From positions 65,798 through 129,797 of the forward strand of contig CAXGAI010000001.1 in assembly GCA_964007735.1 (NCBI GenBank): DNA of 64,000 nt, in the 5' to 3' direction. The stretch's first letter is position 1. Every line of letters begins with the position of its first letter. Shown here one piece after another: positions 28,719 through 37,562 of the stretch. The notes beneath the pieces are model-generated. The model was not told the DNA's origin and made no database searches. It was given only the letters and a program-made list of their open reading frames with translations. This DNA comes from an uncultured Rhodopirellula sp. Lineage in GTDB: Bacteria; Planctomycetota; Planctomycetia; Pirellulales; Pirellulaceae. The translations under genes and the position numbers were made by a program.

Positions 28719-30314
28719 ATGTTTAAAAATAGATTTTCTTTGTTTGTTACCAGTATTATTCTTTTCTTACCGGCCATGTTAAATGCAGGTTCGGGGACGC
28801 AGGTAATTCAGCTTCAACGTTCGTATCCCGTTTTGATTGGTCGGAAAACCAATAATATTGTGGAATTGAAGGTGACGGTACCAAAGAAAGGTATTGAAAT
28901 ACGATCTTTACGTTTCGATTTGAAAGGTACAACGGATATCCAGGATATTGCCAGTCTCACGCTTTTCGTAAGTGGGCCTGAAGGCCAATTGGAAACCAAA
29001 TTGCCAATCGCTACTGTTAATACCCTAGCCGAGCGTCTGGATGTTCAATGTAATATCCCGATAAATACAGGAGATAATTGGTTCTGGCTGTCTTGTCGTT
29101 TAAAGCCGACCGCCAGTTTGTTGCATTATATCGATGTTGAATGTAGTCAGATCGAAACGACTGAAGGTATCTTTGTACCTCAGGACAATATGCCCGGCCG
29201 TCGGATGAGAATTGGCTATGCACTCTGTCAGCAAGGTCAGGGTGGTACTCATACCTATCGCATTCCCGCACTTACTCGAGCTCGTGATGGGTCACTACTA
29301 GCCTTCTTTGATATGCGGCATAATCGGACGAAAGACTTACAGGAAGATATTGATGTCGGAATGAGCAAAAGTATTGATGGTGGTCAGACGTGGTCCAAGC
29401 CCCGGCCTATCATGGATCGCGGGCAATGGGGAGGTTTACCTGAAGATCAAAATGGGATCAGTGATCCCGGGGTGATTGTAGATCCCAAGACAGGCAAGAT
29501 TTTCGTGTGGGCTGTTTGGATGCATGGAAAGCCAGGCAAGCATCAATGGAGTGGTGATGGTAGTGAAGCCGGGTATGAAATTGGGAAAGCAGCTCAGATG
29601 TTGTTGTCAGTTTCGAAGGATAATGGTGAGACCTGGTCCGAGCTGAAAAATGTTACTCGTGATTTGAAAAAGGAAGAGTGGGTGTTGTTTGCCCCTGCTC
29701 CGCAAAATGGAATTACTCTGAGAAATGGGATTTTGGTAATGCCGGTTCAGGGTCGTAATGCCGAAGGAGTTCCGTTTTCAACAATCATGTCGAGCAAGAA
29801 TCGAGGTCGTAGTTGGCAGGTTGGAAATCCGACAGGAATGGTCACTAGTGAATGTCAGGCAGTTGAACTAACGGATGGCCGGATCATGTTGAACATGCGG
29901 TCTAGCGGAGAAGCCCGATATATGCGACGTTCCGTTATGGTGACTTCAGATCTCGGAGCTACCTGGGCTGAACACCCAACGAATCATCAAGGACTGATCG
30001 AACCCATTTGTAATGGAAGCACAATCCGCATTCGCTATACCCAGGACGGAGAAGCAAAGACGGCATTATTGTTTGCTAATCCAAATTCAGTTGAACGCCG
30101 CGAAAAACACACGATTAAAGTGAGTTTTGATGATGGAATGAGTTGGCCGGAGTCACATCACTATCTCTTGGATAACTATGCCGGCTTTGGCTATCCCAGT
30201 TTAGTACAGATCGATGATAAACACGTTGGCATCGTGTTTGAAGGCAGTCGTAGTCACATCATGTTTATGAAGCTGACGATTGAAGAACTGGTGTCGGGTG
30301 AGTTGCCGAAGTGA
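28719..30314 (+). CDS. exo-alpha-sialidase (GH33-like) with an N-terminal accessory domain
   Basis: Signal peptide, an FRIP-type motif (YRIPALTRA) and five Asp-boxes: SIDGGQTWS, SKDNGETWS, SKNRGRSWQ, TSDLGATWA, SFDDGMSWP. The ATG at 28719 is preferred over the TTG at 28701. Confidence 0.9.
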   Translation: MFKNRFSLFVTSIILFLPAMLNAGSGTQVIQLQRSYPVLIGRKTNNIVELKVTVPKKGIEIRSLRFDLKGTTDIQDIASLTLFVSGPEGQLETKLPIATVNTLAERLDVQCNIPINTGDNWFWLSCRLKPTASLLHYIDVECSQIETTEGIFVPQDNMPGRRMRIGYALCQQGQGGTHTYRIPALTRARDGSLLAFFDMRHNRTKDLQEDIDVGMSKSIDGGQTWSKPRPIMDRGQWGGLPEDQNGISDPGVIVDPKTGKIFVWAVWMHGKPGKHQWSGDGSEAGYEIGKAAQMLLSVSKDNGETWSELKNVTRDLKKEEWVLFAPAPQNGITLRNGILVMPVQGRNAEGVPFSTIMSSKNRGRSWQVGNPTGMVTSECQAVELTDGRIMLNMRSSGEARYMRRSVMVTSDLGATWAEHPTNHQGLIEPICNGSTIRIRYTQDGEAKTALLFANPNSVERREKHTIKVSFDDGMSWPESHHYLLDNYAGFGYPSLVQIDDKHVGIVFEGSRSHIMFMKLTIEELVSGELPK

Positions 30315-31106
30315 TTATTCGTCTTGTAACCATGAGTCGAAATCATCCCGGAAGGCTTGGGTGGCATTTTCCGACGGAGCAAATCGCTCTTGAAAGTCAG
30401 CGAGCAACTCCTGATTGATCCCAACGGCACGCCACCAATTTGAGTCCTGGAAGTCAGTGTCGAGTAATAAAGCACCCTCAAAGTTTACATTGGTTAGGTC
30501 TGAGCGATGGAAGACCACAGCCTCAAGGTTTGCAAAATCGAATTCGGCATCTAATAGGATGGCATCGGTAAAGTTAGCCATTAGGCAATGGCTCTCAGAG
30601 AGATCGGCACCAGAAAAATTCGCTTTCCGCGCTGTGACCTGTTCAAGACTGGCTTTACTGAGGTTTGTTAGCTCAAAATTGGCCCCATCCAGATTACTTC
30701 GGAGAAGTGATATCTCTCTTAAGTCAGCGCCTATGAAGTCGGCGTTTTGAAGATCAGCGGCATCCAGATCTGTGCGATAGAGTGAGCCTCCACTTAGATT
30801 GGTTCCGACGAGAAGCGATTCATTGAGTGTTGCATCCTGTAGGTTTGCAGATTGCAGATCAAGTCCGGAAAGCGTAACACCCGTAAGATTGGCACCTATC
30901 CAGACATCATTTTCAGATTCCAGTAGACGTATTACAGCCTTGGTCCGTTGCTCCCGATCGGCGTCTGCATGGTAGATCAACCAGAAATCGGCTTCTCTGG
31001 AACTAGTTGACGCGTGGTCAGAGCTTAATAGCCTAAAACCTAAAATGACGATGGCAACAGTTAGTAGTAGGATGGTTAAAATGCCGGGTCGGCGGGCTTT
31101 AGTCAT
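30315..31106 (-). CDS. pentapeptide-repeat protein with an N-terminal TM anchor
   Basis: Long run of A(D/N)LxX repeats (ANLQDATLNESLLVGTNLSGGSLYRTDLDAADLQNADFIGADLREI...) after ILTILLLTVAIVILGF. Confidence 0.85.
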   Translation of the reverse strand: MTKARRPGILTILLLTVAIVILGFRLLSSDHASTSSREADFWLIYHADADREQRTKAVIRLLESENDVWIGANLTGVTLSGLDLQSANLQDATLNESLLVGTNLSGGSLYRTDLDAADLQNADFIGADLREISLLRSNLDGANFELTNLSKASLEQVTARKANFSGADLSESHCLMANFTDAILLDAEFDFANLEAVVFHRSDLTNVNFEGALLLDTDFQDSNWWRAVGINQELLADFQERFAPSENATQAFRDDFDSWLQDE

Positions 31107-31238
31107 AAGTAGAAGAGCACGTTGGAACTGAGAAGTGAATACTAGTTCTTATTCTAGCGTTTAACGGCTAAAAGAGACGGGCGTTATAATAAAGCTAATG
31201 TGTAAATTAAGATAGTCATCAAGAGAATACTAACTCCT

Positions 31239-32135
31239 ATGAATAACGCCCTAAATGTACTTTCCCTAATTGTGCTAACGATTCTTTGCGCGACAAATCT
31301 TTCCGCGCAAAACCGAGAGAAGAAAAAACAAGGTTTACCTGAAGGTGTACGGGTGCTCAAAGATATTGAGTATGCAAATCACAATGATATTTCATTAAAG
31401 CTGGATTTGTATCTGCCTGAGAAGGTTAGAGGCAATGTACCAGTGATAGTTTTCATACATGGTGGTGGCTGGAAGAATGGGAGTAAGGAGTCGGGAAAAC
31501 GGGGGGCCTGGATGGTCCCTCACGGTTTTGCGATAGCAAGTATTAGTTATCGACTTACCGATGTCGGCCAGTGGCCTGATCAGATTAATGATTGTTATGC
31601 AGCTGTGCGATGGGTTCGAAAGAATGCAAAGAAATATGGCTTCAATGGTAGGCGAGTCGGTTGCTGGGGGACGTCGGCAGGGGCTCATCTTGCTGCCCTG
31701 GTTGGTACCCGCCCGTACCCGGGCAAAGAACGCGTTTCGAGTCGTGTGCAGGCGACGGCTGATTGGTTTGGACCATCAGAGTTGCTATCGATGCCGCCTA
31801 ATAATATTGGTAACGGTCGTACGGAAGCAGATGTTGCTAATAGCAATGGTGCGAAGTTGCTGGGAGCCACCGTGAAAGAGGTACCTAAGTTAGCGAAAGA
31901 TGCGAGTGCATTGGATAATGTATCCGGGGATGACTCGCCGTTTCTTATCATGCATGGGACGGCCGATACAGGTGTACCGATTCGTCAAAGCGAGATATTG
32001 CATAAGGCACTACTAAAAGCAGGAGTACCTTCGACGTTTGTCGCTCTGGAAGGGGCTAAACATGGTGGCTCTGAATTTATTTCACCGGAATCAAATCAGG
32101 TCTTCCTTGAATTTTTCACGAAGCATTTGAAGTAA
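31239..32135 (+). CDS. alpha/beta-hydrolase esterase/lipase
   Basis: Signal peptide, the oxyanion motif VIVFIHGGGW, the nucleophile elbow WGTSAGAHLA (GXSXG) and a late ...MHGTADTGV / ...H... region. Confidence 0.85.
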   Translation: MNNALNVLSLIVLTILCATNLSAQNREKKKQGLPEGVRVLKDIEYANHNDISLKLDLYLPEKVRGNVPVIVFIHGGGWKNGSKESGKRGAWMVPHGFAIASISYRLTDVGQWPDQINDCYAAVRWVRKNAKKYGFNGRRVGCWGTSAGAHLAALVGTRPYPGKERVSSRVQATADWFGPSELLSMPPNNIGNGRTEADVANSNGAKLLGATVKEVPKLAKDASALDNVSGDDSPFLIMHGTADTGVPIRQSEILHKALLKAGVPSTFVALEGAKHGGSEFISPESNQVFLEFFTKHLK

Positions 32136-32666
32136 GACCGGCGTTGCAACCACGAAAGAACAGCAAAGCAATCTATCGGCGTAATAGATTGTCGGTAACG
32201 TTGATACTCTGTTTATGACCGTCTTCTGCTCATCCTTTTTTTCATTTAAAAGTTACGGCCTCTTGTATTTATTGATGCGATGATCACTTAGCAGGCTTCT
32301 GAGATGCAACAATATTTAAACCGGCTCAGATTTCTCCCCTGCTGAGCACTTTCGGAAATTCTTTGCCGAGAAAATACTTCGGTATTTAAGGATTGTCAGA
32401 AGATGACTTTTAGATACGATTCTCTAGGCTGGGCAATTAAAAAGTCGTAGACGAACAAAAAGACGTTTTCTTCATTAAAAGTTGTCCATGATTTCTCTGC
32501 CCACGGGGTAAGTAGCTGTGGCCTTTAGCTGAAACTCAAACCATGTTCGTTAGTTTGGCCGAAGAGCACGAGAAAATAAGCTTTGCACACACTATTTGGG
32601 TTTTAATCTGACGTTTTTTAGGGGTTAAAGGAATTGCCGTGTTCCTCAGCTTAGAGAGGTATTTTC

Positions 32667-33398
32667 ATGTCAACGAGATTATTCAAATTAGTCAGCGTCT
32701 TTCTAATTTGCCTGATCACTGCCACCGGTGTTTCGATCTATCAGTTTCTTCAGGAGCATCAGCGAACTCGTTTAATAAAAGATTACAGGTCGCAAATACC
32801 TCAAATAGCTCAGGCTACCGTTAATCAGGTTTTGGAACAGCGAGGGTTATTTCGCGTGCGTGGCGAAGTGCATTCGGCTCCAAGTATACCTGTGCTCAAA
32901 AATTCCTCTGAAAATTGTTACTCGGATTATATAACGGCTTCTCTAAAGGGTGAGAAAGCATCTGTAATACTTCTTGACTTACACAATTGCTCCAAATTAG
33001 CCAGAGGTCAGGATTGTCGGGCTGGAGGGCAGATTTGTATTTCAATTGAAAGTCCGGAAGTTGATGATGTCTATATCACTTTTGATCTGATGAATGAGCA
33101 TTGCGGAAAATTTACGATAACCCTTCCGACGCGACAAAAATCCCAGCGGGAAGTCCAACAGGTGTTTGAGCAATTTGTGGAAGTTTCACGGATGGCTGAT
33201 CGTGAAAGCCTAAACGCGCTCTTGTACGCGTTGTTCAGTAATGCACAGCAGGGTATTTTCAACCAAGAAGCTCGACGAGAGTTTCTCGTGACACTTCTTG
33301 GTGCTGTTCATCACTATCTTGCGACGATCAATATTTTCGAGGAGTCTTTCGTGATTGAAAACTCGGAACTAAATGTTCATCCTAAGCGAAGTCACTGA
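32667..33398 (+). CDS. hypothetical protein with an N-terminal TM anchor
   Basis: 243-aa ORF (LVSVFLICLITATGVSIY anchor). No recognisable motif. It is preceded by a ~530-bp non-coding stretch. Confidence 0.45.
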   Translation: MSTRLFKLVSVFLICLITATGVSIYQFLQEHQRTRLIKDYRSQIPQIAQATVNQVLEQRGLFRVRGEVHSAPSIPVLKNSSENCYSDYITASLKGEKASVILLDLHNCSKLARGQDCRAGGQICISIESPEVDDVYITFDLMNEHCGKFTITLPTRQKSQREVQQVFEQFVEVSRMADRESLNALLYALFSNAQQGIFNQEARREFLVTLLGAVHHYLATINIFEESFVIENSELNVHPKRSH

Positions 33399-33445
33399 AA
33401 TAATAGTTCCAGCAGCGCTGATAACGCAAATACTCGACTACCAAT

Positions 33446-33481
33446 AGAAAAACCCTTAGTTTCTACCGAGGGATGACTAAG
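33446..33481 (-). terminator. probable intrinsic terminator of the metallophosphoesterase gene; carries the repeat-family tail
   Basis: The minus strand reads CTTAGT-(15 nt)-ACTAAG GG TTTTTCTATTGGTA. The hairpin is weak, but the T-run and the following 12-13 nt are identical to those of the tRNA-Val terminator. Confidence 0.4.
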
Positions 33482-33516
33482 CGGCGTAAAGATGCGGTTA
33501 GATTCTTCGTCGGTCT

Positions 33517-34848
33517 TTATTTAAGCGTTCGTAAACGCTCTGGTGTGTCCGGAACCTGTTCAATCAAGAGGTTGGCTTTGTCCGCAGCTTGTTTTTTCAG
33601 CGTAAAGGCGTCATATAACATACCGCGAGCAGTCCGTGCTTCATAACGAATTTCGTCATCGTGTACCTCGATCACCTGAAACAACTGAGTATCTTCAGCC
33701 CCACGTTTCATAAAAGGTCTTCTGCCAAGATCGTACATTTTTGGGCCGCTCACGCTCACGACATAGACTGTACCGATATCTGTTCTATTGGTGACCCCTT
33801 GAGGGACATTTTGCCAGGTCATTAAGCCCGACCTGGCATAGGTGTGATCATGTCCCTGTAATACTAAGTCAACTTTGTACTTGTCATAAATGGGTTGCCA
33901 CGTATTTCGTAACGCAGGATTGTCGCGCCCTTCCGAAGACGAATAAATTGGATGATGATGACATACGACGGCCCACTTTTGCGGATTGTTTTTTAGTACC
34001 GATTCCAACCACTGGGCCTGCTCCTCGACTTGCTCATTACTATTAAGCACAACAAGGCGCATTCCTTGATAATCAATGTAATAAACTGTTTCTAGTAATG
34101 CTTTTGGCCCATTTTCCGGAAAAGCGAACGTTGGCCGCCAATGATTGGATAGTTTGTTTGAGGAGTATTCGTGATTACCTGGGCAGGCAACCACGGGTGT
34201 ATTGCTATGGATAAATCCTCCCGCCTGAAACCATTCGCCCCATTCCCCATCCGAGTTGGTTTTATTGACTAAATCCCCTGCATGCAAAAAGAATGCTGAC
34301 TTAGGCGCATTCTTGTAGGATTGCCGAACGACGCGGCTCCACATGGACCAGACATTATTCTGAGAATCGCCAAAGTAGACAAACCTAAATGGTTTGGCCT
34401 GATCTGCGGCGGTGGTCACTTGGATCCACTCACTGTAATTCACTCCATCGCCGACCCGATATACATATTGTGTTTCAGGCTTAAGACCTGTAAACGTCGC
34501 GGTGTAATGATGTACTTCACCAAACTCAGGGTTGTAAGTCATACGAATTGCTTCGACGACTTTCTTTTTCGAGGTAAACTTAGGACCGTCAGTAGCAATT
34601 GCGATTTCGCCTAGCCCAATATCAATTGTTGTATCAGTTCGCCACGTCACCGAAAACGATGTTGCCGGATCATCTTGCCAACTCAATAAAATTCGATCGG
34701 GCATCGCCGTTGCCGCATAGCGCTGCTTATGGGTGACCTCAACGGGCTTTTGGATGTCGTCCTCGTGTGCATGCACTGGTAATGAAATAAAACCATAGGA
34801 ACCAATTAGGCTTAAACACAATAACGTTAGCGGTAATATACTTTTCAT
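33517..34848 (-). CDS. metallophosphoesterase, purple-acid-phosphatase-like
   Basis: Signal peptide and an N-terminal PAP-type beta domain. Calcineurin-like motifs in order: YFGDSQN, AGDLVN, CPGNHEY, VCHHHPIY, GHDHTY. Confidence 0.85.
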   Translation of the reverse strand: MKSILPLTLLCLSLIGSYGFISLPVHAHEDDIQKPVEVTHKQRYAATAMPDRILLSWQDDPATSFSVTWRTDTTIDIGLGEIAIATDGPKFTSKKKVVEAIRMTYNPEFGEVHHYTATFTGLKPETQYVYRVGDGVNYSEWIQVTTAADQAKPFRFVYFGDSQNNVWSMWSRVVRQSYKNAPKSAFFLHAGDLVNKTNSDGEWGEWFQAGGFIHSNTPVVACPGNHEYSSNKLSNHWRPTFAFPENGPKALLETVYYIDYQGMRLVVLNSNEQVEEQAQWLESVLKNNPQKWAVVCHHHPIYSSSEGRDNPALRNTWQPIYDKYKVDLVLQGHDHTYARSGLMTWQNVPQGVTNRTDIGTVYVVSVSGPKMYDLGRRPFMKRGAEDTQLFQVIEVHDDEIRYEARTARGMLYDAFTLKKQAADKANLLIEQVPDTPERLRTLK

Positions 34849-34992
34849 AGATGCTCAATTCCGAGTGGCTAAGATATAAAAACGAGTTGCGGTCGATTGT
34901 ATTCTAGGAAAGAAGACGCTTACTTTCCTTAGTATTAGTTGTTCTACGTTAATCTACAATGTTCGGGATGAAGTCGACGCCAAAATAATACG

Positions 34993-35068
34993 GATATACC
35001 AAATAGAAAAACCCTTGGTAGCTACCTTTTAAGGGGTAACCACCAAGGGTGGTAGTGAGCGATATTGG
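34993..35068 (-). repeat. direct-repeat copy B: duplicate of the tRNA-Val 3' end (13 nt) plus its terminator
   Basis: 76 bp, identical to 36085..36159 apart from one extra A (35001..35003 region) and one G>A change (35058). The right-hand 13 nt (TGAGCGATATTGG) correspond to the T-stem and acceptor 3' strand of tRNA-Val. Confidence 0.9.
35005..35049 (-). terminator. intrinsic terminator (copy of the tRNA-Val terminator) downstream of the RDD gene
   Basis: On the minus strand the 38-nt hairpin CCCTTGGTGGTTACC..GGTAGCTACCAAGGG (about 15 bp including G-U pairs) is followed by TTTTTC. Confidence 0.7.
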
Positions 35069-35162
35069 CCTACGGCAACCCAGTAAATAACGTATCAAAA
35101 TACCATCTACTAAAACCTGCCTCAGCCTCGACCCTTAGTCTGTTTGTACACAATTGGGGGGA

Positions 35163-35810
35163 TTAATCTTTCATTGCCACTGATGTTTTGGCCATCTTAT
35201 CCCATAATGTTTGCCTTCCCTCACCAAAGATAAGAAAGATCCCAAAAAACATTACGACTGATAAAATTCCAGAAATAGTTACCAAGAAGTCTAGCCCTGT
35301 AAAGATTCCAACGATTACTACCCAGGAGTATTGATATTTTAGAAGTCCACGTGTAACAATACTGCTAAGATTTGCATCAGAACCATCCGCTTTGCTAACT
35401 TTCATTCCCAGCATTAACTTACCTGGCGTAATCCCCGTACAACATTCAAGAATCATCATAATAAAGGTAGCAATGTACGGGCCAATAATTGTACCCACCA
35501 AACCACCTATAAACCCACCAACCGCGGCAGCTGCAGCCGCTTCTTCGGGAGCGGCTCCGGCATCTGCTACTGCACCCATACCAATCATTCCCAAAATTGT
35601 CCCGCCTAATAACATACCGAGGATCATGCCGCCGATACCAATGACTACACCGTCAAGAAGGAATGCACCAAAGCGTCGACCAGCCGAAGCGAGTGGTCGC
35701 CCAGTACTGGCAGGTTGTGTAGCCGTACTTTCGCCTGTAGGAGGCTGATAAGGGCTGGATGCGTCATTCATTTCAGAGTCGCCCGGGTTACTTGTAGATT
35801 CGTTCATCAT
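35163..35810 (-). CDS. RDD-family membrane protein
   Basis: GRRFGAFLLDGVVIGIGG..., GKLMLGMKV and ...RQTLWDKMAKTSV form the R-D-D family pattern with 3-4 TM segments. The start is probably MMNEST at 35810, preceded by AAAGGA; the track start at 35858 is less likely. Confidence 0.78.
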   Translation of the reverse strand: MMNESTSNPGDSEMNDASSPYQPPTGESTATQPASTGRPLASAGRRFGAFLLDGVVIGIGGMILGMLLGGTILGMIGMGAVADAGAAPEEAAAAAAVGGFIGGLVGTIIGPYIATFIMMILECCTGITPGKLMLGMKVSKADGSDANLSSIVTRGLLKYQYSWVVIVGIFTGLDFLVTISGILSVVMFFGIFLIFGEGRQTLWDKMAKTSVAMKD

Positions 35811-35859
35811 AGTTCCTTTAATAAGAATTAAACCCGAGCCTAGGTTTCTTTGTAACACA

Positions 35860-35896
35860 GCCGCCCTGATATTAGCAATCCTAATGTCAGGGCGGC
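35860..35896. other. perfect 16-bp stem-loop just upstream of the RDD gene
   Basis: GCCGCCCTGATATTAG-CAATC-CTAATGTCAGGGCGGC contains one T-G wobble and otherwise only Watson-Crick pairs. No clear U-run follows on either strand. Confidence 0.6.
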
Positions 35897-35978
35897 GATA
35901 GTTTTGACTTGTTAAAGTCAGCAGTGAGACTTCGCTGGCGGTAATAAGAATCGCTCTTTAGTTCTGGCCGATTGAGTA

Positions 35979-36021
35979 AAAAGGACGCCATCAAAAATAA
36001 AAGGACGTCGAAAAGGACGCC
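35979..36021 (+). repeat. three direct copies of an 11-mer AAAAGGACG[CT]C
   Basis: Copies at 35979..35989, 35999..36009 and 36011..36021, between the tRNA-Val terminator and the RDD gene. Confidence 0.8.
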
Positions 36022-36084
36022 TCAATGACGCATAGTAACGGTCAACAAGGATCAATGATGATCAACGAAGTTCACGCAAACACT

Positions 36085-36159
36085 GATATACCAATAGAAA
36101 AACCCTTGGTAGCTACCTTTTAAGGGGTAACCACCAAGGGTGGTAGTGGGCGATATTGG
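36085..36159 (-). repeat. direct-repeat copy A: terminator plus the last 13 nt of the intact tRNA-Val
   Basis: See copy B at 34993..35068; 75 bp. Confidence 0.9.
36096..36140 (-). terminator. intrinsic terminator of tRNA-Val
   Basis: Minus-strand hairpin at 36140..36103 (about 15 bp, loop CCTTAAAA) followed by TTTTTC. Confidence 0.75.
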
Positions 36160-36220
36160 ATTCGAACCAACGACCTCCACGATGTCAACGTGGCGCTCTA
36201 ACCAACTGAGCTAACCGCCC
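36147..36220 (-). tRNA. tRNA-Val (anticodon GAC)
   Basis: Folded by hand: GGGCGGT-TA-GCTC-AGTTGGTTA-GAGC-G-CCACG-TTGACAT-CGTGG-AGGTC-GTTGG-TTCGAAT-CCAAT-ATCGCCC-A. 74 nt, with a cloverleaf that includes a few G-U pairs. CCA is not encoded directly after the discriminator base. Confidence 0.9.
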
Positions 36221-36243
36221 TACGATTTTTTATATTAACACGC

Positions 36244-37560
36244 TTAAGTCAGGTCGTGAAGTGGCCCGTCGGCACAGTAATCTTTGTTGCCAAACGACAC
36301 CACACGATGCCCAAATGCATGAGCAAATGCCATCAAAAGCCGGTTATGAGAGACTCGACCATATTGCAATGACCGGCCCATTCTGAACCGTAATCCACCA
36401 CCGATCAGGACAAATGGGATGTCATTGAGAGTATGTGAATTACCTTTGCCAAGCTCATTTGTCCAGACGATTGTTGTATTATCAAGCATAGATCCAGAGC
36501 CATCGGCCTCCGGGGTATCTGCCAGCCGTTTGGCCAGATAGGCGATCTCTTCGCAATACCACTGGTTAATTTTCACCAGCTTCTCGACAGCTTCTTTATC
36601 GCTGTCAGGTTCATGGGATAAACCGTGATGCCCTTCATTAATACCTAACCAGGTCATCTTTGCCTGGCCAACACTTCGTGTGTACTGTAGTGAAGCAATG
36701 CGAGCCATGTCATTCTGTAAGCTGTTTACCAGCATGTCGATTTGCATACGACTTAAGTCAGGCATGTTTTCATTTGCATTTTTTACGCCCGCTTTTTGCG
36801 CCGGGGCGGGAATGTCGAGCTGGTGTTCAGCATCACGTTTGATCCGGGCTTCCATTTCACGAATGAATTGTTCATGTTGTTCCAGCAATTTACGATCTTC
36901 TTTACCAACCAGCGTACGGACTCGGCGTAAGTCATTGCGGACACGATCCAATACGCTTTCGACACTTTTACGATCTTCCAGCTTTCCATACAGCTTGTTG
37001 AACATCACGTAGGGGTCATCAATTGGAGCGACGGGTTTGTTGGAGCCTGAGTAGATCATACGAGTCCAGGGATCAGCTCGATCCGGAACGACCACCCCAA
37101 ATTCCAGTGAACCAAATCGAGTTTGAGTTTCTGGTTTGCTTTGGAGGTAGTTCTTAACTTCCTGGTCTATCGATAAGCCACTTGCCCATCCAGCCGGTGT
37201 GTGACTCCCCCCCTGAATATTTCCGGGAAGTAATTCGATTCCGGTGAGCAAGCAACTCATGCCACGCATGTGGCTGTCCCCATCACCTTTGATTTGATCA
37301 CAGATCCCTTTTAAGATCAGCATCTGATCCTGATACGGCTGCAGGGACTCCATAATCCGTTGCAGCTTAAAGTCAGCCCCTGCGTCGTCAGGCCAGAAGT
37401 CATCCGGGATTGTTCCGTTCGGGCTAAACACAACGATCATTCGCTGCTTTGCTGTGTTTCCATCCGCCTTAGAAAAAGCTGGTAAGCCCATCAGTAATGG
37501 TAGGCTTGCTGCTGAAAACCCCATCTCCTGAATAAATTTACGACGGTGATGAATAGTCAT
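36244..37560 (-). CDS. DUF1552 domain-containing protein (Tat signal)
   Basis: [22 protein letters not shown] Tat-like leader. ...[14 protein letters not shown]..., ...HGLSHEPD... and ...[21 protein letters not shown] are typical of the planctomycetal/verrucomicrobial DUF1552 family. It lies immediately downstream of a DUF1592-type gene. Confidence 0.82.
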   Translation of the reverse strand: MTIHHRRKFIQEMGFSAASLPLLMGLPAFSKADGNTAKQRMIVVFSPNGTIPDDFWPDDAGADFKLQRIMESLQPYQDQMLILKGICDQIKGDGDSHMRGMSCLLTGIELLPGNIQGGSHTPAGWASGLSIDQEVKNYLQSKPETQTRFGSLEFGVVVPDRADPWTRMIYSGSNKPVAPIDDPYVMFNKLYGKLEDRKSVESVLDRVRNDLRRVRTLVGKEDRKLLEQHEQFIREMEARIKRDAEHQLDIPAPAQKAGVKNANENMPDLSRMQIDMLVNSLQNDMARIASLQYTRSVGQAKMTWLGINEGHHGLSHEPDSDKEAVEKLVKINQWYCEEIAYLAKRLADTPEADGSGSMLDNTTIVWTNELGKGNSHTLNDIPFVLIGGGLRFRMGRSLQYGRVSHNRLLMAFAHAFGHRVVSFGNKDYCADGPLHDLT

Positions 37561-37562
37561 AT

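Noticed and set aside
35392-35748. 118-aa plus-strand ORF (poly-Ala/Pro)
   Set aside because: It is the antisense shadow of the Gly/Ala-rich RDD-family gene, whose minus-strand translation has clear family motifs.
33400-36240. Looked for an integrase, transposase or excisionase next to the tRNA-Val repeats
   Set aside because: Every ORF of 60 aa or more in the interval is accounted for (metallophosphoesterase, RDD protein and their shadows). None has tyrosine- or serine-recombinase or DDE motifs, so no mobile-element call was made.
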